Assembly: GCA_951406725.2 (NCBI GenBank)
Contig: OX597830.1
Location: 8,928,001-8,992,000, forward strand
Origin: Octopus vulgaris
Taxonomy: Eukaryota
DNA: 64,000 bases
Direction: 5' to 3'
Position 1 is the first letter of the stretch. Every line of letters begins with the position of its first letter. This document shows, piece by piece, positions 61,463 through 64,000 of the stretch. The notes below the pieces were generated by a model. It ran no database searches. It saw nothing but the letters and a program-made list of their open reading frames with translations, and was not told where the DNA came from. The position numbers and the translations under genes are program-made.

Positions 61463-64000
61463 ATCCATTTAGTCATGAGTGTGGCTGTGGGGTAAGAAGC
61501 TTGCTTCCCAACCACATGGTTCCGGGTTCAGTCCCACTGCATGGCACCTTGGGCAAGCGTCTTCTACTATAGCTTCGGTCTGACCAAAGCCTTGTGAGTG
61601 AATCTGGTAGATGGAAACTGAAAGAAGCCCGTCATATACGTTTGTTTGTGTGTGTGTATGTGTGTGTTTGTGTGTGTGAGTGTATGTTAGTCCCATGTCA
61701 CTGTTTGACAACCTGTGTCATTCTATTTATGTCCCTGTAACTTAGTGGTTCAATAAAAAGGAACGATAGAAAAATAGTATTGGGGTTGATTCAAGGTGGT
61801 GCCCCAGCATGGCCACAGTCTAATGATTGAAACAAGTAAAAGAATAAAACATAAAAGATTCATTCAGTCATTCATTCATTCAAATATTTGCTCATTCAAT
61901 CATTCGTTTATTCTCTCATTCATTCATTCATTCATTTATTCTCTTTCAATATATTTTTCATCTCAATTTCATTCAGTTGCTCCTTTATTCATTCAAATTT
62001 CATCTTCTCTCTCTCTCTCTCTCTCTCCCTCCCTCTCTCTCACTTCTCTTCTCTGTCTCCCTCCCTCCCTCTCACTTCCCTTCTCTATCTCTCTTCCTCA
62101 CCCCTGCCGCCGTCACCACCACCATGGGCAACCCATAGCCCATGGGACTTTTCGCTTTTACTTGTTTCTGTCATTAAACCGTGGCCATGCTGGGGCACCG
62201 CCTACAAGAATTTTAGTCAAACAAATTGACCCCAGTACTAATGTTTTAAGCCTGGCACCCATTCTATTGGTCTTCTTTGCTGAACCACTAAGTTATAGGG
62301 ACACACCAACACCGGCTGTCAGGTAGTGATGAGAGACTAACTTAAACACAAAGATACCCACACAAACACACACACACATATATGGCAGGCTTCTTTTAGT
62401 TTCCATCTACCAAATCCACTCCCAAGGCTTTGGTCGGTCCGAGGTTATAGTAGAAGACACTTGCCCAAGGTGCCATGCAGTGGAACTGAACCCAGAACCA
62501 TGTGGTTGGGAAGCAAGCTTTTTACCGAACAGGCATCAATTTTTCTGAACAATGAATTACCTTTAATTGTCTTTGTAGTGCACTCCACACCTGAGCTATA
62601 TGGTCTGTCAACTCCCTGAACTAGAAACAACAGCCAAATCTCTCTCTCTCACACCACACCATAATGTCTTAGTAATAAGACACACTGGATATATTATGCC
62701 AGAAAGCAGTCAGGATGGTCATGGCTAGATTATAGGCGTGTTCAGTGAAAGCTAAACTGGAGTTAAACAACATTGCAAACAACAGCAACAACAATAGAAA
62801 GCTAGGAAGGGAACATTTAGATGGTTGCCCAGATTGCTAGAAATAGCAGCCAAGTCACCTTCAAAATCATATTCTATGGGATATATAGGATATATACAAC
62901 TCTGATGTATTCATAGGTGTGATGGTCATATCCATCTGGAGTGTATTTGATCAATGTTCTGCTGGGCTAGAGCTGCCTAGGGCTACACAACAACATCGAC
63001 ATTATTGTCACAGTTATCCTCATCATAATCATTATCATCACCATCACTATCAGCATCATTATGATCAATATCATCATCACTGTCATCATCTCCATCAACA
63101 TCATCATCACCAGACTTGCCATTATCGTCATCATCATCGACTAACACCACCGTGACTAACCTAACTCAAAGACCACTACTACCACCACCACCACCACCGC
63201 CATCATTGCTACTACAACTCCCACTACTAACACTACTATTACCACGACCACCACCACCACAACCATCACTACTACTACTACTACTACCACCACTACTGTT
63301 ATGACTGACACCAAAGTGCAGCTACCACTAACTGCAGTATCAATATGCACAGAAATATGCATATTGCAGCTTATGCACTGGAAAACACTTTTTTTTTTAA
63401 TTAGAGATAAAAGATATCTGAACAATAGAATGTTACCATGGATACAGAGAAAATCAATTTTCAAAGATTTTGGTGAATTTCACAGAAAAATTTACATATT
63501 CTAATGGATGTGTACGCATATATATATATATATATATATATATCTTTTAAGTTTTATTTGCTTCTGTCATTGGACTGTGGTCAGGCTGGGGCATCAGCTT
63601 GAAGGGTTTTGGTCAAACCAATTAACCATGGAATTTATTCTATTGTTATCCTTTGCCAAACTGCTAAGTTATTGGGATGTAGACAACCAACACTGGTTGT
63701 CAAGCAATAATAGGGGACAAACACACACACATATGTATATACACATGAAGGGCTTCAACACAGTTTCTATCTATCACATGTCATCACAAGGCATTGGTCA
63801 GCCTGGAGCTGTAGTAGACAGTTGGCCAAAGTGGCATACAGTGGGACTGAACCTAAAACCATGTGAGTGCAAAACAACCTTCTTAACCACACAGCCATGC
63901 CTATATACATGTACATATAGATATGTATATGTGTATGTGTGTGTATACATTTATGAATGTATGTATATATACATTTATGTATGTATGCATGATTTCCTTT

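Overview
This is AT-rich, microsatellite- and SINE-dense eukaryotic DNA. The repeat families look coleoid cephalopod (Octopus-like), which is an inference. The only protein-coding gene I can support is on the minus strand: 16 GT-AG exons between 28111 and 803 that join in one frame. They encode a band 4.1/FERM protein matching EPB41L4A (NBL4): FERM N, M and C lobes, the FERM-adjacent region, and the '[16 protein letters not shown]' and 'RR..SGSDSE' tail motifs. The first coding exon was not found (probably beyond 64 kb) and the gene continues past position 1. The rest is intron. It contains tRNA-headed SINEs, an RTE-derived modular SINE (one copy expanded into a 26-bp array), mariner/Tc1 and RTE fragments, MITEs, Helitron-like elements and long fold-back palindromes. 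The most unexpected signal is about ten type-I hammerhead ribozyme motifs with palindromic helix III, of the Penelope-like element (PLE) type. One has an intact core and lies on the pre-mRNA strand, one sits in a tRNA-headed SINE, and several sit inside fold-back elements. Nearly all ORFs in the supplied track are microsatellite or SINE artefacts.
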